A DNA stretch of 64,000 bases from an uncultured bacterium (GTDB lineage: Bacteria > Actinomycetota > Acidimicrobiia > Spongiisociales > UBA5794), in the NCBI GenBank assembly GCA_963801165.1, contig CAWDDT010000011.1, positions 416,001 through 480,000 of the forward strand, read 5' to 3'. Positions 1 through 8,396 of this stretch are shown piece by piece. Positions within the stretch are counted from its first letter, which is position 1. Every line of letters begins with the position of its first letter. The position numbers and the translations under genes are program-made. Below the pieces are notes generated by a model. The model worked only from the letters and a program-made list of their open reading frames with translations. It was not told the origin of the DNA and ran no database searches.

Positions 1-1529
1 AGCGAGCGCCCTGATCCGGTTGCCGCCTCGCCTCCGATGGTCCCGGCGACGTCCTGCCCGGCGTAAGTCCCGGCGAGCCCGAACGGGTCGCCGGTCACTG
101 TGAACGAGGCCGACGAGCCGTATGCGCTGTGGTCCAGCTGTATGTAGTCGGTACCGGAAACATTCGTCTCGGTGGCCGACACCTTGGTGATGCCCGCGTC
201 CTGGAGGGCGTCATTGATCGCGGACACCGCGTCGGTAATCGTCATGCCTGTCGTGACGGCCACATTGACCGTCGTCGAACCCACCGTGATCTGAAACGTG
301 GAGTCCGAGCCGGGCACAACGTACGCCGACGACATCGCCTGTGCCTGGGTGGCCGCTTGGGTCACGACAACTTCGTAGCTTCCGGCGATGGTCGCGTCAC
401 TGGAGGCAACAAAGCTCGCCCTGGTATCCGCCGATTCGCCTCCCTGGACCAGCAAGTCGAGCACTGCGCTGTAGTCGGTCTCGAGGGCATCTCGTAGCTT
501 GGACTCGTCGAGATCGAACGTCCCGTCCCGGTTGAGCGAGATACCGACCGACGAGGCTACGGGATATGCGGAGCCGCTCTTCAAGGTGGATGAGATCGCC
601 GTGCGGAGATTGATGGCAAGCGAGCGAGCGGTACTGTTGCCGACCAGCGGCCCCCCCGTGTTCGTGTCGGGCGAGTACTTGGTGGCGCTGGCAATGGTGC
701 CGAGCGCTGCGTTGACCGCATCGACGAGAGCCTTGATCGCGGACGCGGTCCCGTCGATATCTCGCTGGGTCGAGATGCTCACCGCACCGGTTGTCGTCGC
801 CTTGAGCTTGATGGTCGCCCCGGAGATGAGATCGTTGATGGTGTTGGAAGAGCGAGAAAGGGTAATTGCGCCGGCTCCCGACCCGAGGGTCAGGTGGGCA
901 TCCACTCCCTGTTGCAGGATATCCATCGTGCCCAGCGACGCAACGGTGCTCGAGATCGTAAACACGTTGTCTTCGCCTGTGGTGTCGGCGGAGAGGACGA
1001 GCTTGTAGCTCGTGCCGTCAACCGACACGACGGATGCCGAGACACCCGACCCGAGGGCGTTGATGCCGGCGGCGGCACCGGCGAGCGTTGTCTCAGAAGT
1101 CGCGGTCATCGTGTAGTCGGCACCGCCGATGGTGACCGTGAAGTCGCCAGCTCCGATCAAGGCGTCCGCTCCTGAGAAGCTGGTGTTGGAGACGACCTGG
1201 TGGTTCGTCGCAAGCTGGTCGACGGTGAACGACGTGGTCCCGGCCGCCGGTGTTCCGGTAACGGACACGGAGACGGCGCTCTCGTTTGAGGAGGTCGCCA
1301 GCGCCAGCTTGTTGAAGTCCGAGACGGAGTCAAGGCCGTCGAGGGCAGAGCGGATGGCCGAGTACTTGGTGTTGATGAGTTGCCAGGCGTTGTCCTCGAG
1401 CTGGTGACTCTGTTTCCTGGTCTGCAGCTGGTCGATCGGGGTTCGCTCGACCTTCAGGATGCTGTCGATGATGGAGTTGGTGTCCAGCCCGGAGGCCAGG
1501 CCCCCTATGTTGAAGAGCGGAACTGCCAT
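1..1529 (-). CDS. fliD: Flagellar filament cap protein FliD (3' end outside window)
   Basis: Hand translation from ATG 1529: MAVPLFNIGGLASGLDTNSIIDSILKVERTPIDQLQ, the FliD N-terminal GLASGLD motif. Absent from the ORF track, consistent with a frame running off the window edge. Lies downstream of a flagellin. Confidence 0.93.
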   Translation of the reverse strand, partial: MAVPLFNIGGLASGLDTNSIIDSILKVERTPIDQLQTRKQSHQLEDNAWQLINTKYSAIRSALDGLDSVSDFNKLALATSSNESAVSVSVTGTPAAGTTSFTVDQLATNHQVVSNTSFSGADALIGAGDFTVTIGGADYTMTATSETTLAGAAAGINALGSGVSASVVSVDGTSYKLVLSADTTGEDNVFTISSTVASLGTMDILQQGVDAHLTLGSGAGAITLSRSSNTINDLISGATIKLKATTTGAVSISTQRDIDGTASAIKALVDAVNAALGTIASATKYSPDTNTGGPLVGNSTARSLAINLRTAISSTLKSGSAYPVASSVGISLNRDGTFDLDESKLRDALETDYSAVLDLLVQGGESADTRASFVASSDATIAGSYEVVVTQAATQAQAMSSAYVVPGSDSTFQITVGSTTVNVAVTTGMTITDAVSAINDALQDAGITKVSATETNVSGTDYIQLDHSAYGSSASFTVTGDPFGLAGTYAGQDVAGTIGGEAATGSGRS

Positions 1530-1569
1530 CTGTTGCTCTTTCCAGTCTGCTTGCTTGTCTGCCCTGGTT

Positions 1570-1597
1570 GAGGGGGCGGCCCGAAGACCACCCCCTC
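1570..1597 (-). terminator. GC-rich hairpin between flagellin 1 and fliD
   Basis: gagggggcggcc-cgaa-gaccaccccctc imperfect inverted repeat. Confidence 0.45.
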
Positions 1598-1598
1598 T

Positions 1599-1625
1599 CT
1601 GTCGGTCATTTCCCTACTTGCGAAA
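1599..1625 (-). promoter_or_regulatory. Possible sigma28 promoter for fliD
   Basis: TTTC-N15-ACCGACAG on minus strand; weaker match than the others. Confidence 0.35.
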
Positions 1626-1759
1626 GGAGGGAAAGGACACTGTTCGTGTTGGTGTCGGCCCTTGTGCTGTTCAATTCCAGTTCAGGCTCGACGGCGTGGT
1701 ACACAACGATGGTGTCCGGCCTGCGACCCTTTACGGCGATCAAACAGCACCCTCCTGGC

Positions 1760-2596
1760 TCACTGGAGGAGTTGGAGGACTGATGCCGGGACCTGGTTGG
1801 CCTGGGCAAGCATCGCAGTGCCCGCCTGAACCATGATCTGATGCCGGGTGAACGACACCATCTCTTCAGCCATGTCGGTGTCACGAACCCGGGACTCGGA
1901 AGCCGACAGGTTCTCAACAGCGACACTCAGGTTCGCCACCGTGTGCTCCAGACGGTTCTGGGTAGCACCAAGAGTCGACCTGGTCGAGGACACTGCGTCG
2001 ATCGCATTGTCGATGACCGTGATCGCCGCATTGGCGCCGGTACCAACATTCACCGAAGCCAGGTTGATCGCCGATCCATCGTTGAAGATTCCGGCAGACC
2101 CTGTCGTGTCGACGCTCAGGTTCGTGGTGATCTTCAGGGTCTGGCTGGCGCCGGAACCGACATGGAATGTCAGGTTGGTCGTGCTGTAGTCGGCAAATAC
2201 GGACTTGCCTGCGAATGTGCTGTTGGTGCCGATCGAGGTGATCTCTGCCAGCAGCTGGGTCACCTCGGCCTGCTGGGCAGTACCGTCGGTGGTTGCAGTG
2301 TTGGCCGCATCAACAGCCAACTCACGCATACGCTGCAGGATCGAATGCACCTCATTGAGAGCACCCTCAGCGGTCTGGACAAAACTCACACCATCTTGAG
2401 CGTTCCGGATCGCCTGACGGGAACCCGAGATCTCCGCACGGAGCGACTCAGACTTCGCCAACCCGGCCGCATCATCAGCAGCACGATTGATCCGGAAACC
2501 CGAAGACAGCTTCTCGAGCGACTTACTCAACTGAGCATTGGTCGTGGAAAGATTGCGGTATGCGTTGTATGCCGCAATGTTCTGATTAATACGCAC
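1760..2596 (-). CDS. fliC: Flagellin (copy 1)
   Basis: MRINQNIAAYNAYRNL...LSSGFRINRAADDAAGLA and C-terminal SRVRDTDMAEEM...AQANQVP; short 278 aa type. Confidence 0.98.
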   Translation of the reverse strand: MRINQNIAAYNAYRNLSTTNAQLSKSLEKLSSGFRINRAADDAAGLAKSESLRAEISGSRQAIRNAQDGVSFVQTAEGALNEVHSILQRMRELAVDAANTATTDGTAQQAEVTQLLAEITSIGTNSTFAGKSVFADYSTTNLTFHVGSGASQTLKITTNLSVDTTGSAGIFNDGSAINLASVNVGTGANAAITVIDNAIDAVSSTRSTLGATQNRLEHTVANLSVAVENLSASESRVRDTDMAEEMVSFTRHQIMVQAGTAMLAQANQVPASVLQLLQ

Positions 2597-2715
2597 TTCG
2601 TGTACCTCCTTGTAGGGCGGTGCGTCACTTCGTCAACATCCATGTCAACGTTTCAGAAGGACCAGTCGACCAGACACCCCATGGCGTAAGCGATTAACCA
2701 CCGAAAAACCCGGCG
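2205..2715. repeat. 511-bp inverted repeat arm (partner 58842-59352): promoter, leader and 5' half of flagellin
   Basis: Reverse complement matches 58842-59352 at both ends and in all segments compared by eye; lengths are equal. Confidence 0.9.
2663..2689 (-). promoter_or_regulatory. sigma28-type promoter of flagellin 1 (degenerate -10)
   Basis: TTAC-N15-GTCGACTG, in nearly the same position relative to the leader as GCCGATAG in flagellin 3. Confidence 0.6.
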
Positions 2716-2730
2716 CAAACCGGGTCTTCG

Positions 2731-4059
2731 TCAGGTCGCGACGTGCGCCCACATCTCGTCGGAGGCAACCACCGCATCACGGAAGATTGCGGCCAGCTGA
2801 CCGTCGTCGATCCCGGGGCACCGAGCATTCTCCCAGTCCCCACGCTCGTATGCGATGACGCCGGCGAGCGTCGCCCCCATGATCCCGCTCTGGTTGACGA
2901 TGGCGTTGCGGGTGTCGTCGGACAGGGGAAGGGCCACGAGCGCCGTTTCCATCGACACGTCGAGCAGGGCATCGAGCACACTGAACAGGCCGACCGTATA
3001 GAACGTGTCGCTGTCGCCCCGGCCCGAGATCGAGGCAACGAGCTCGCACATCCTGGCTCGCACAAGAGCTGTGATCGTCAGCTCCTTTGGCTTCCTGGCG
3101 ATCTGGGCCAGGTTGATGAGGCTTACCCAGCTTCCGATCTGCCTCGTCCCCAGTAGGACTATGGCATCCTTGATCGACTCGACGTGTCGGGGCAGCGAGT
3201 AGTAGGCGGAGTTGACGATCCTGAGCAGTTTGTAGCTGAGAGCGACATCCCGCTGGATGATCGCAGCGAGGTTCTCGATCGCGACATCGGGGTTCTGCAT
3301 CTGCGAGACCAGCTCGAGGGTGAAGATCTGGCTCGGCAACACGGCGGTTCGCTTCAGAACCTGCGGCCGGCTCAGGAAGAGACCCTGGAAGAAGTCGAAG
3401 TCGAGCTCGCGGCACCGGCGCAGCTCGGCGTAGTTCTGGACGTTCTCGGCGACGAGTTGGACCCCGAAGGTCTTCAGCCAACCAACCTCGGCGACGAGCC
3501 GACCGTGTTCGAATGCCTGGATATCGATCTTGACGAGATCGGCAACGGGAAGTAGCGGCCGCAGCTTCTTGAAGGAGATCCAGTCCCTGAGCGCGATGCT
3601 GTATCCCTGGCTGCGTAGCCGGTGTAAGGCGGTCACGAGCAGATCGTCGACATTGGCGGTCTCGACCACCTCGACTATGACTCGCTCAGGTGGGAGAAGG
3701 GTCGGGATGCCTTCGAGAATCAGATCGCGAGTGAGACTGATGAGGGCTCGCCGCCCCCCGAGGATGTCCTCGAGGTCGAAGTCGGTGAAGGTGTTGAGAA
3801 TCGCATCCGACGTTGCCCTATTCTCGTCACCGGCGACGGCCTCAGCGTGATCGAAGGCGCCGCGCAATAGGATCTCGTAGCCAACAACATCCAGCCGCCG
3901 GTCGAACAGCGGCTGTCTGCCGATAAATGTCTCTCGAGGATTGAGGGCGTAAGCGGCTCGCGCCGCGAGCGCGGCGCTTCCACTTCTCCTCTTTGTCCGC
4001 TCGCGATGGAGATTTGCTTTGGCGCGATTGGCCGCTGTCGAAGAGCTCACAATGCTCAA
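2731..4059 (-). CDS. EAL + HDOD domain protein (YuxH/PdeH-like); true start uncertain, likely downstream of 4059
   Basis: FIGRQPLFD...GYEILLR, VKID, FFQG, then HDOD (DVALSYKLLRIVNSAYYSL...AIVLLG, FYTVGLFSVLDALL). Confidence 0.88.
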   Translation of the reverse strand: MSIVSSSTAANRAKANLHRERTKRRSGSAALAARAAYALNPRETFIGRQPLFDRRLDVVGYEILLRGAFDHAEAVAGDENRATSDAILNTFTDFDLEDILGGRRALISLTRDLILEGIPTLLPPERVIVEVVETANVDDLLVTALHRLRSQGYSIALRDWISFKKLRPLLPVADLVKIDIQAFEHGRLVAEVGWLKTFGVQLVAENVQNYAELRRCRELDFDFFQGLFLSRPQVLKRTAVLPSQIFTLELVSQMQNPDVAIENLAAIIQRDVALSYKLLRIVNSAYYSLPRHVESIKDAIVLLGTRQIGSWVSLINLAQIARKPKELTITALVRARMCELVASISGRGDSDTFYTVGLFSVLDALLDVSMETALVALPLSDDTRNAIVNQSGIMGATLAGVIAYERGDWENARCPGIDDGQLAAIFRDAVVASDEMWAHVAT

Positions 4060-4084
4060 GTCGGCAGGTGTTGCGTCCAGTCAA
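4058..4084 (-). promoter_or_regulatory. sigma28-type promoter for EAL/HDOD gene
   Basis: TTGA-N15-GCCGACTT. Confidence 0.65.
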
Positions 4085-4114
4085 CCGGTGTGTTCCGGGC
4101 TACCGGCAAACCTA

Positions 4115-4140
4115 GAGCGGCGGCCCGAAGGCCGCCGCTC
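4115..4140 (-). terminator. Terminator hairpin after flagellin 2 (duplicated after flagellin 3 near 5191-5216)
   Basis: gagcggcggcc-cgaa-ggccgccgctc perfect 11-bp stem. Confidence 0.7.
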
Positions 4141-4200
4141 GTTGTGTGTGGGACCGTCCGTCCTACGAGACATGACTGGCAATCTATGCCAGCGTCTGGC

Positions 4201-5052
4201 TCACTGGAGGAGTTGGAGGACCGATGCCGGGACCTGGTTGGCCTGGGCAAGCATCGCAGTGCCCGCCTGAACCATGATCTGATGCCGGGTGAACGACACC
4301 ATCTCTTCAGCCATGTCGGTGTCACGAACCCGGGACTCGGAAGCCGACAGGTTCTCAACAGCGACACTCAGGTTCGCCACCGTGTGCTCCAGACGGTTCT
4401 GGGTAGCACCAAGAGTCGACCTGGTCGAGGACACTGCGTCGATCCACTGGTCTATGTAGCCGATCTCACCCTCGGAGCCGCCCTGTAGGTTGATGCCCGG
4501 AAGGTTGATGAGGCCATCGAAGATGCCCCCATCGATCATATCGGGAGCGGTCCCGACATTGAGCCGCAAGTCGTCGGTGATGTCCAGCGTTTGGCCTGCA
4601 CCGGAACCGACCTGGAACGTCAAGGCAGCGCCCGTGCCGCTGTAGTCGGCGAACACCGACTTGCCGGCGAAGGTGCTGTTGGCGCCGATCGCGGAAATCT
4701 CCGCGACGAGCTCGTCGACCTCGGCCTGCTGGGCGGCACCATCGGTGGTAGCGGTGTTGGCCGCATCAACAGCCAACTCACGCATCCGCTGCAAAATGGC
4801 ATGCACCTCATTGAGAGCACCCTCAGCAGTCTGCACAAAACTCACACCATCCTGGGCATTCCGAATCGCCTGCCGCGAACCCGAAATCTCCGCACGCAGC
4901 GACTCAGACTTCGCCAACCCGGCCGCATCATCAGCAGCACGATTGATCCGAAAACCCGAAGACAGCTTCTCGAGCGACTTACTCAACTGAGCATTGGTCG
5001 TGGAAAGATTGCGGTATGCGTTATACGCCGCAATGTTCTGATTAATACGCAC
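4201..5052 (-). CDS. fliC: Flagellin (copy 2)
   Basis: Same conserved termini as copy 1 with a distinct central region. Confidence 0.98.
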   Translation of the reverse strand: MRINQNIAAYNAYRNLSTTNAQLSKSLEKLSSGFRINRAADDAAGLAKSESLRAEISGSRQAIRNAQDGVSFVQTAEGALNEVHAILQRMRELAVDAANTATTDGAAQQAEVDELVAEISAIGANSTFAGKSVFADYSGTGAALTFQVGSGAGQTLDITDDLRLNVGTAPDMIDGGIFDGLINLPGINLQGGSEGEIGYIDQWIDAVSSTRSTLGATQNRLEHTVANLSVAVENLSASESRVRDTDMAEEMVSFTRHQIMVQAGTAMLAQANQVPASVLQLLQ

Positions 5053-5117
5053 CTCATGTACCTCCTTGTAGGGCAGTGCGTCTCACTTCGTCAACATCCA
5101 TGTCAACGCTTCTCTTC

Positions 5118-5144
5118 TAGTCGGCCGTCCCCGCCTATCGTCAA
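5118..5144 (-). promoter_or_regulatory. sigma28-type promoter of flagellin 2
   Basis: TTGA-N15-GCCGACTA. Confidence 0.7.
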
Positions 5145-5277
5145 GTGAATCGCCGCCACGTTGGCGCATTCTCTGCGACCGGCAAACCTAGAGCGGCGGC
5201 CCTGGGGCCGCCGCTCGTTGTGTGTAGGGACCGTCCGTCCTACGAGACATGACTGGCAATCTATGCCAGCGTCTGGC

Positions 5278-6111
5278 TCACTGGAGGAGTTGGAGGACCG
5301 ATGCCGGGACCTGGTTGGCCTGGGCAAGCATCGCAGTGCCCGCCTGAACCATGATCTGATGCCGGGTGAACGACACCATCTCTTCAGCCATGTCGGTGTC
5401 ACGAACCCGGGACTCGGAAGCCGACAGGTTCTCAACAGCGACACTCAGGTTCGCCACCGTGTGCTCCAGACGGTTCTGGGTAGCACCAAGAGTCGACCGG
5501 ACACTGGAAACGTCGCCGATCGCATTGTCGATGGCCGTGATCGCGGCATCGGCATCGGACGACACGTCGACCGAACCGATCGCATGACCGTTGAAGATGC
5601 CATTCGTGCCGGCAACATTGAGCTGAAGATCGCTCGTGATCTTGAGCGTCTGGTCAGCGCCGGAACCGACATGGAACGTCAGCGCGCCACCCGATGCGGC
5701 ATAGTCCTTGAATACACTGTTACCTGCGAATGTGCTGTTGGAACCGATCGCGGTGATCTCCGATAGCAGCTGGGACACCTCGGCCTGCTGGGCAGTACCG
5801 TCGGTGGTTGCAGTGTTGGCCGCATCAACAGCCAACTCACGCATACGCTGCAGGATCGAATGCACCTCATTGAGAGCACCCTCAGCGGTCTGGACAAAAC
5901 TCACACCATCTTGAGCGTTCCGGATCGCCTGACGGGAACCCGAGATCTCCGCACGGAGCGACTCAGACTTCGCCAACCCGGCCGCATCATCAGCAGCACG
6001 ATTGATCCGGAAACCCGAAGACAGCTTCTCGAGCGACTTACTCAACTGAGCATTGGTCGTGGAAAGATTGCGGTATGCGTTGTATGCCGCAATGTTCTGA
6101 TTAATACGCAC
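5278..6111 (-). CDS. fliC: Flagellin (copy 3)
   Basis: Flagellin N/C motifs, 277 aa. Confidence 0.98.
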   Translation of the reverse strand: MRINQNIAAYNAYRNLSTTNAQLSKSLEKLSSGFRINRAADDAAGLAKSESLRAEISGSRQAIRNAQDGVSFVQTAEGALNEVHSILQRMRELAVDAANTATTDGTAQQAEVSQLLSEITAIGSNSTFAGNSVFKDYAASGGALTFHVGSGADQTLKITSDLQLNVAGTNGIFNGHAIGSVDVSSDADAAITAIDNAIGDVSSVRSTLGATQNRLEHTVANLSVAVENLSASESRVRDTDMAEEMVSFTRHQIMVQAGTAMLAQANQVPASVLQLLQ

Positions 6112-6176
6112 TTCGTGTACCTCCTTGTAGGGCGGTGCGTGACTTCGTCAACATCCATGTCAACGTTTCACCACCA

Positions 6177-6203
6177 CTATCGGCACACGCGGCCACCGTA
6201 TTA
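6177..6203 (-). promoter_or_regulatory. sigma28 promoter of flagellin 3 (near consensus)
   Basis: TAAT-N15-GCCGATAG vs canonical TAAA-N15-GCCGATAA. Confidence 0.85.
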
Positions 6204-6320
6204 GGCAACGCTCAGTGACTATTTCGCGAATGGTCATCAAGGCTAGACAGCCTTGATCCGATTCCATCGCATCACAGCAGGCATCGTCCGGGTGGGACGG
6301 TGGTTGGAGGCCAGAACACG

Positions 6321-7181
6321 ATGAACAGCCGAGATGCCGAGCATGACACCAACCAACTGGTGAGAGACCATCTCGATCTGGTTGGGCGCACCGTCGCCAA
6401 GGTTTCCGCTCGCTATCCGCGACACGTCGACCGGGAAGAACTGTGGAACGCCGGTGCGCTTGGCCTGGTGGAGGCGGCACGCCGTTACAAGCCCGACTCG
6501 GGAATCCCATTCGAGCGCTTCGCCGCAATCAGGATCCGTGGTGCGATCATCGATTCGACCCGGACGCGGGATTGGGCTTCTCGCTCGGTGCGCCGGCGCA
6601 ACCGCGAGGTCGAGGAGACCAGCTCCGCACTGCGCGACGAAACCGGACGCGACCCCGATCGGGAGACGCTGGCTAATGCCCTCGGCGTCACCATGCAAGA
6701 GCTCGAGAAAACCCAGGCGCAATCGGCGGCCTCGATGCTTCTCTATCTCGATCACCAGAGGCCCGACGACAACGTCTCTCTCCGTGACATGATCGTCGAC
6801 GAAGACACGACCGTGCAGCCGGAAGCCGCCCTGGAGCACCGCGAGATGCTCGGTACTCTTCGCAGCGCGGTCACGGGCCTGCCCGCGACGCACGCCGAGG
6901 TCATCAAGCGCTACTACTTCGACGGCGAGATGCTTCAGGATATCGCCAAGGATCTCGGGGTCACCCAGGCCAGGGTGTCGCAGATCCGCTCCGAGGCCCT
7001 CACCTCGTTGCGCGCCTGGTTCGGTACCCTCTACGAGGGCACCCCTGAGGTCAGCGACGACGCCGCCGGCAAGAGGGCCCGCGCCGCCTACGTGGCACAG
7101 CTCTCCACCGAAACCAACTGGCGCAGCCGGCTCGACGCCGCAGACGACGATCCCGGCCTTGCCTTGATTCTCAACGGCTAG
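6321..7181 (+). CDS. fliA: RNA polymerase sigma factor, FliA/WhiG (sigma28) family
   Basis: GALGLVEAARRY..FERFAAIRIRGAIIDSTR..DWASRSVR and region 4 IAKDLGVTQARVSQIRSEAL; GGAGG SD before ATG 6321. Confidence 0.92.
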   Translation: MNSRDAEHDTNQLVRDHLDLVGRTVAKVSARYPRHVDREELWNAGALGLVEAARRYKPDSGIPFERFAAIRIRGAIIDSTRTRDWASRSVRRRNREVEETSSALRDETGRDPDRETLANALGVTMQELEKTQAQSAASMLLYLDHQRPDDNVSLRDMIVDEDTTVQPEAALEHREMLGTLRSAVTGLPATHAEVIKRYYFDGEMLQDIAKDLGVTQARVSQIRSEALTSLRAWFGTLYEGTPEVSDDAAGKRARAAYVAQLSTETNWRSRLDAADDDPGLALILNG

Positions 7182-7650
7182 ATCCCCCCGACGACGACCT
7201 TTTACTTCTCTCCCTCCTCCCTCCTAAAGGGTCGTCGTCGCGCCTGAGGTCACTCCCGTCTACTGGTCGCTCTCTGGTTAGCCGACGCACTCGAGGGCGT
7301 CTCAATTCGGCGTCTGGATTCATGGCCATGACCAACTCGGTCGCTGACATGGGCAACGGGTCGGTCTCGGGGTCGGGCTTCTCCCGGAGCACCATCAGAG
7401 CCTCGGGAAGATCCGGGTGATTCTCCGCCAACCATTGGTTGAACGAACCGAGCACAGGAACGTAGCCATCCATCTCTCCGGCAACCCCTGGGACTCGATG
7501 GCGCTGATGAAGTCGTCGGTGAACAGGTTCACCTGCCAGTTGGCTTCCAGCAACCCGGAGCCCAGCGCTCCGGCGGCTTGCAGAATCCGATTGGTGTTGG
7601 GGGTCGGGGTTGGCGACCACGCAGGTCTGGGACCGCTGAGTAGCCGGCAG
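7171..7650 (-). pseudogene. Probable frameshifted or remnant hypothetical gene
   Basis: Coding-like frame ..ILQAAGALGSGLLEANWQVNLFTDDFISAIESQGLPE switches at a GAGAGA run (7473-7478) to ..MDGYVPVLGSFNQWLAENHPD. Confidence 0.35.
7189..7240. terminator. Long stem-loop after fliA with C/T-rich loop
   Basis: cgacgacgaccttt ... aaagggtcgtcgtcg flanking acttctctccctcctccctcct. Confidence 0.5.
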
Positions 7651-7724
7651 GATTAGCCGCGTCGTGGTTCGACGCTCTCAACGAAGACCGGCAACTCGTT
7701 TGCCCGCTCGTGCTCTGAGACCAT

Positions 7725-7788
7725 GTCCCTCTCGTGTGGCGTCCCTCTCGTGTGGCGTCCCTCTCGTGTGGCGTCCCTCTCGTGTGGC
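7725..7788. repeat. Perfect tandem repeat, 4 x 16 bp (gtccctctcgtgtggc)
   Basis: Read directly; no spacers. Confidence 0.95.
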
Positions 7789-7974
7789 TTCACCCATCAG
7801 TGCCGCGACGAGCTCGAGCGGATGACAGGGAAGCTGAGATTGGGGGGACGAGTGAAACGCGCTCTCGCCGGCTGTGGATCTACCAACTGGGAGTCCGCAG
7901 AGATACCGGCGGCTTCGCCGCAGGCACCCCTTACCGCCAGAGCACTGGCTGAGTTTGGCACGAGGTCGAACGCA

Positions 7975-8022
7975 AATCTCAAGGAAGCTGAATCTCAAGG
8001 AAGCTGAATCTCAACGAAGCTG
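7975..8022. repeat. Tandem repeat, 3 x 16 bp (aatctcaaggaagctg; third copy has 1 mismatch)
   Basis: Read directly. Confidence 0.92.
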
Positions 8023-8039
8023 AGGCAGGGACTAGCGAT

Positions 8040-8273
8040 CTATTGATGGATGGTGGCTACCGGGGTCGAGCGGTTGCGCATCTCGGCTGCGCTCACCAGG
8101 ACCGAGGCACGGAACTCGATGATCCGATCGGCGACGACCTCGGGATCGTCGGCAACGACGATGCGCCTGCCGTCGACCAGGGTCAACACCGTGTCGGGTG
8201 TCGCCTCGATCGACTCGATGAGGTCGGCATTGAGGAACATCGGCTCACCTCGAAGTCGATGCACGGCGATCAT
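8040..8273 (-). CDS. flbD: Flagellar FlbD/SwrD family protein (copy 1)
   Basis: MIAVHRLRGEPMFLNADLIESIEATPDTVLTLVDGRRIVV. Confidence 0.88.
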   Translation of the reverse strand: MIAVHRLRGEPMFLNADLIESIEATPDTVLTLVDGRRIVVADDPEVVADRIIEFRASVLVSAAEMRNRSTPVATIHQ

Positions 8274-8321
8274 TTCGTCGTCTCCTTGCCGGGCTGGGTG
8301 CAGCCCTCTAGCTTGTGCCTA

Positions 8322-8348
8322 CTGTCGGCCGGTCCCCCGTGGGATTAA
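8322..8348 (-). promoter_or_regulatory. sigma28-type promoter for flbD1
   Basis: TTAA-N15-GCCGACAG. Confidence 0.7.
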
Positions 8349-8396
8349 CCGCCAACCCTGGTCGGGGCCCCGTCACGGCGGGGCCCGTCATTGAAA

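Noticed and set aside
4102-4200. c-di-GMP-I riboswitch (GGCAAAC start)
   Set aside because: Lies antisense in the 3' UTR of flagellins and lacks the GAAA tetraloop/GACGCAAAGC core; better explained as a terminator.
1760-6111. Diversity-generating retroelement or Hin-type invertase switch acting on flagellins
   Set aside because: No reverse transcriptase or recombinase; the differences are not adenine-specific.
7020-7181. C-terminal extension on FliA as a novelty
   Set aside because: Similar tails are, to my knowledge, common in actinobacterial FliA-type sigma factors.
7725-8022. CRISPR array
   Set aside because: Units are 16 bp and directly abutting, with no spacers and no cas genes.
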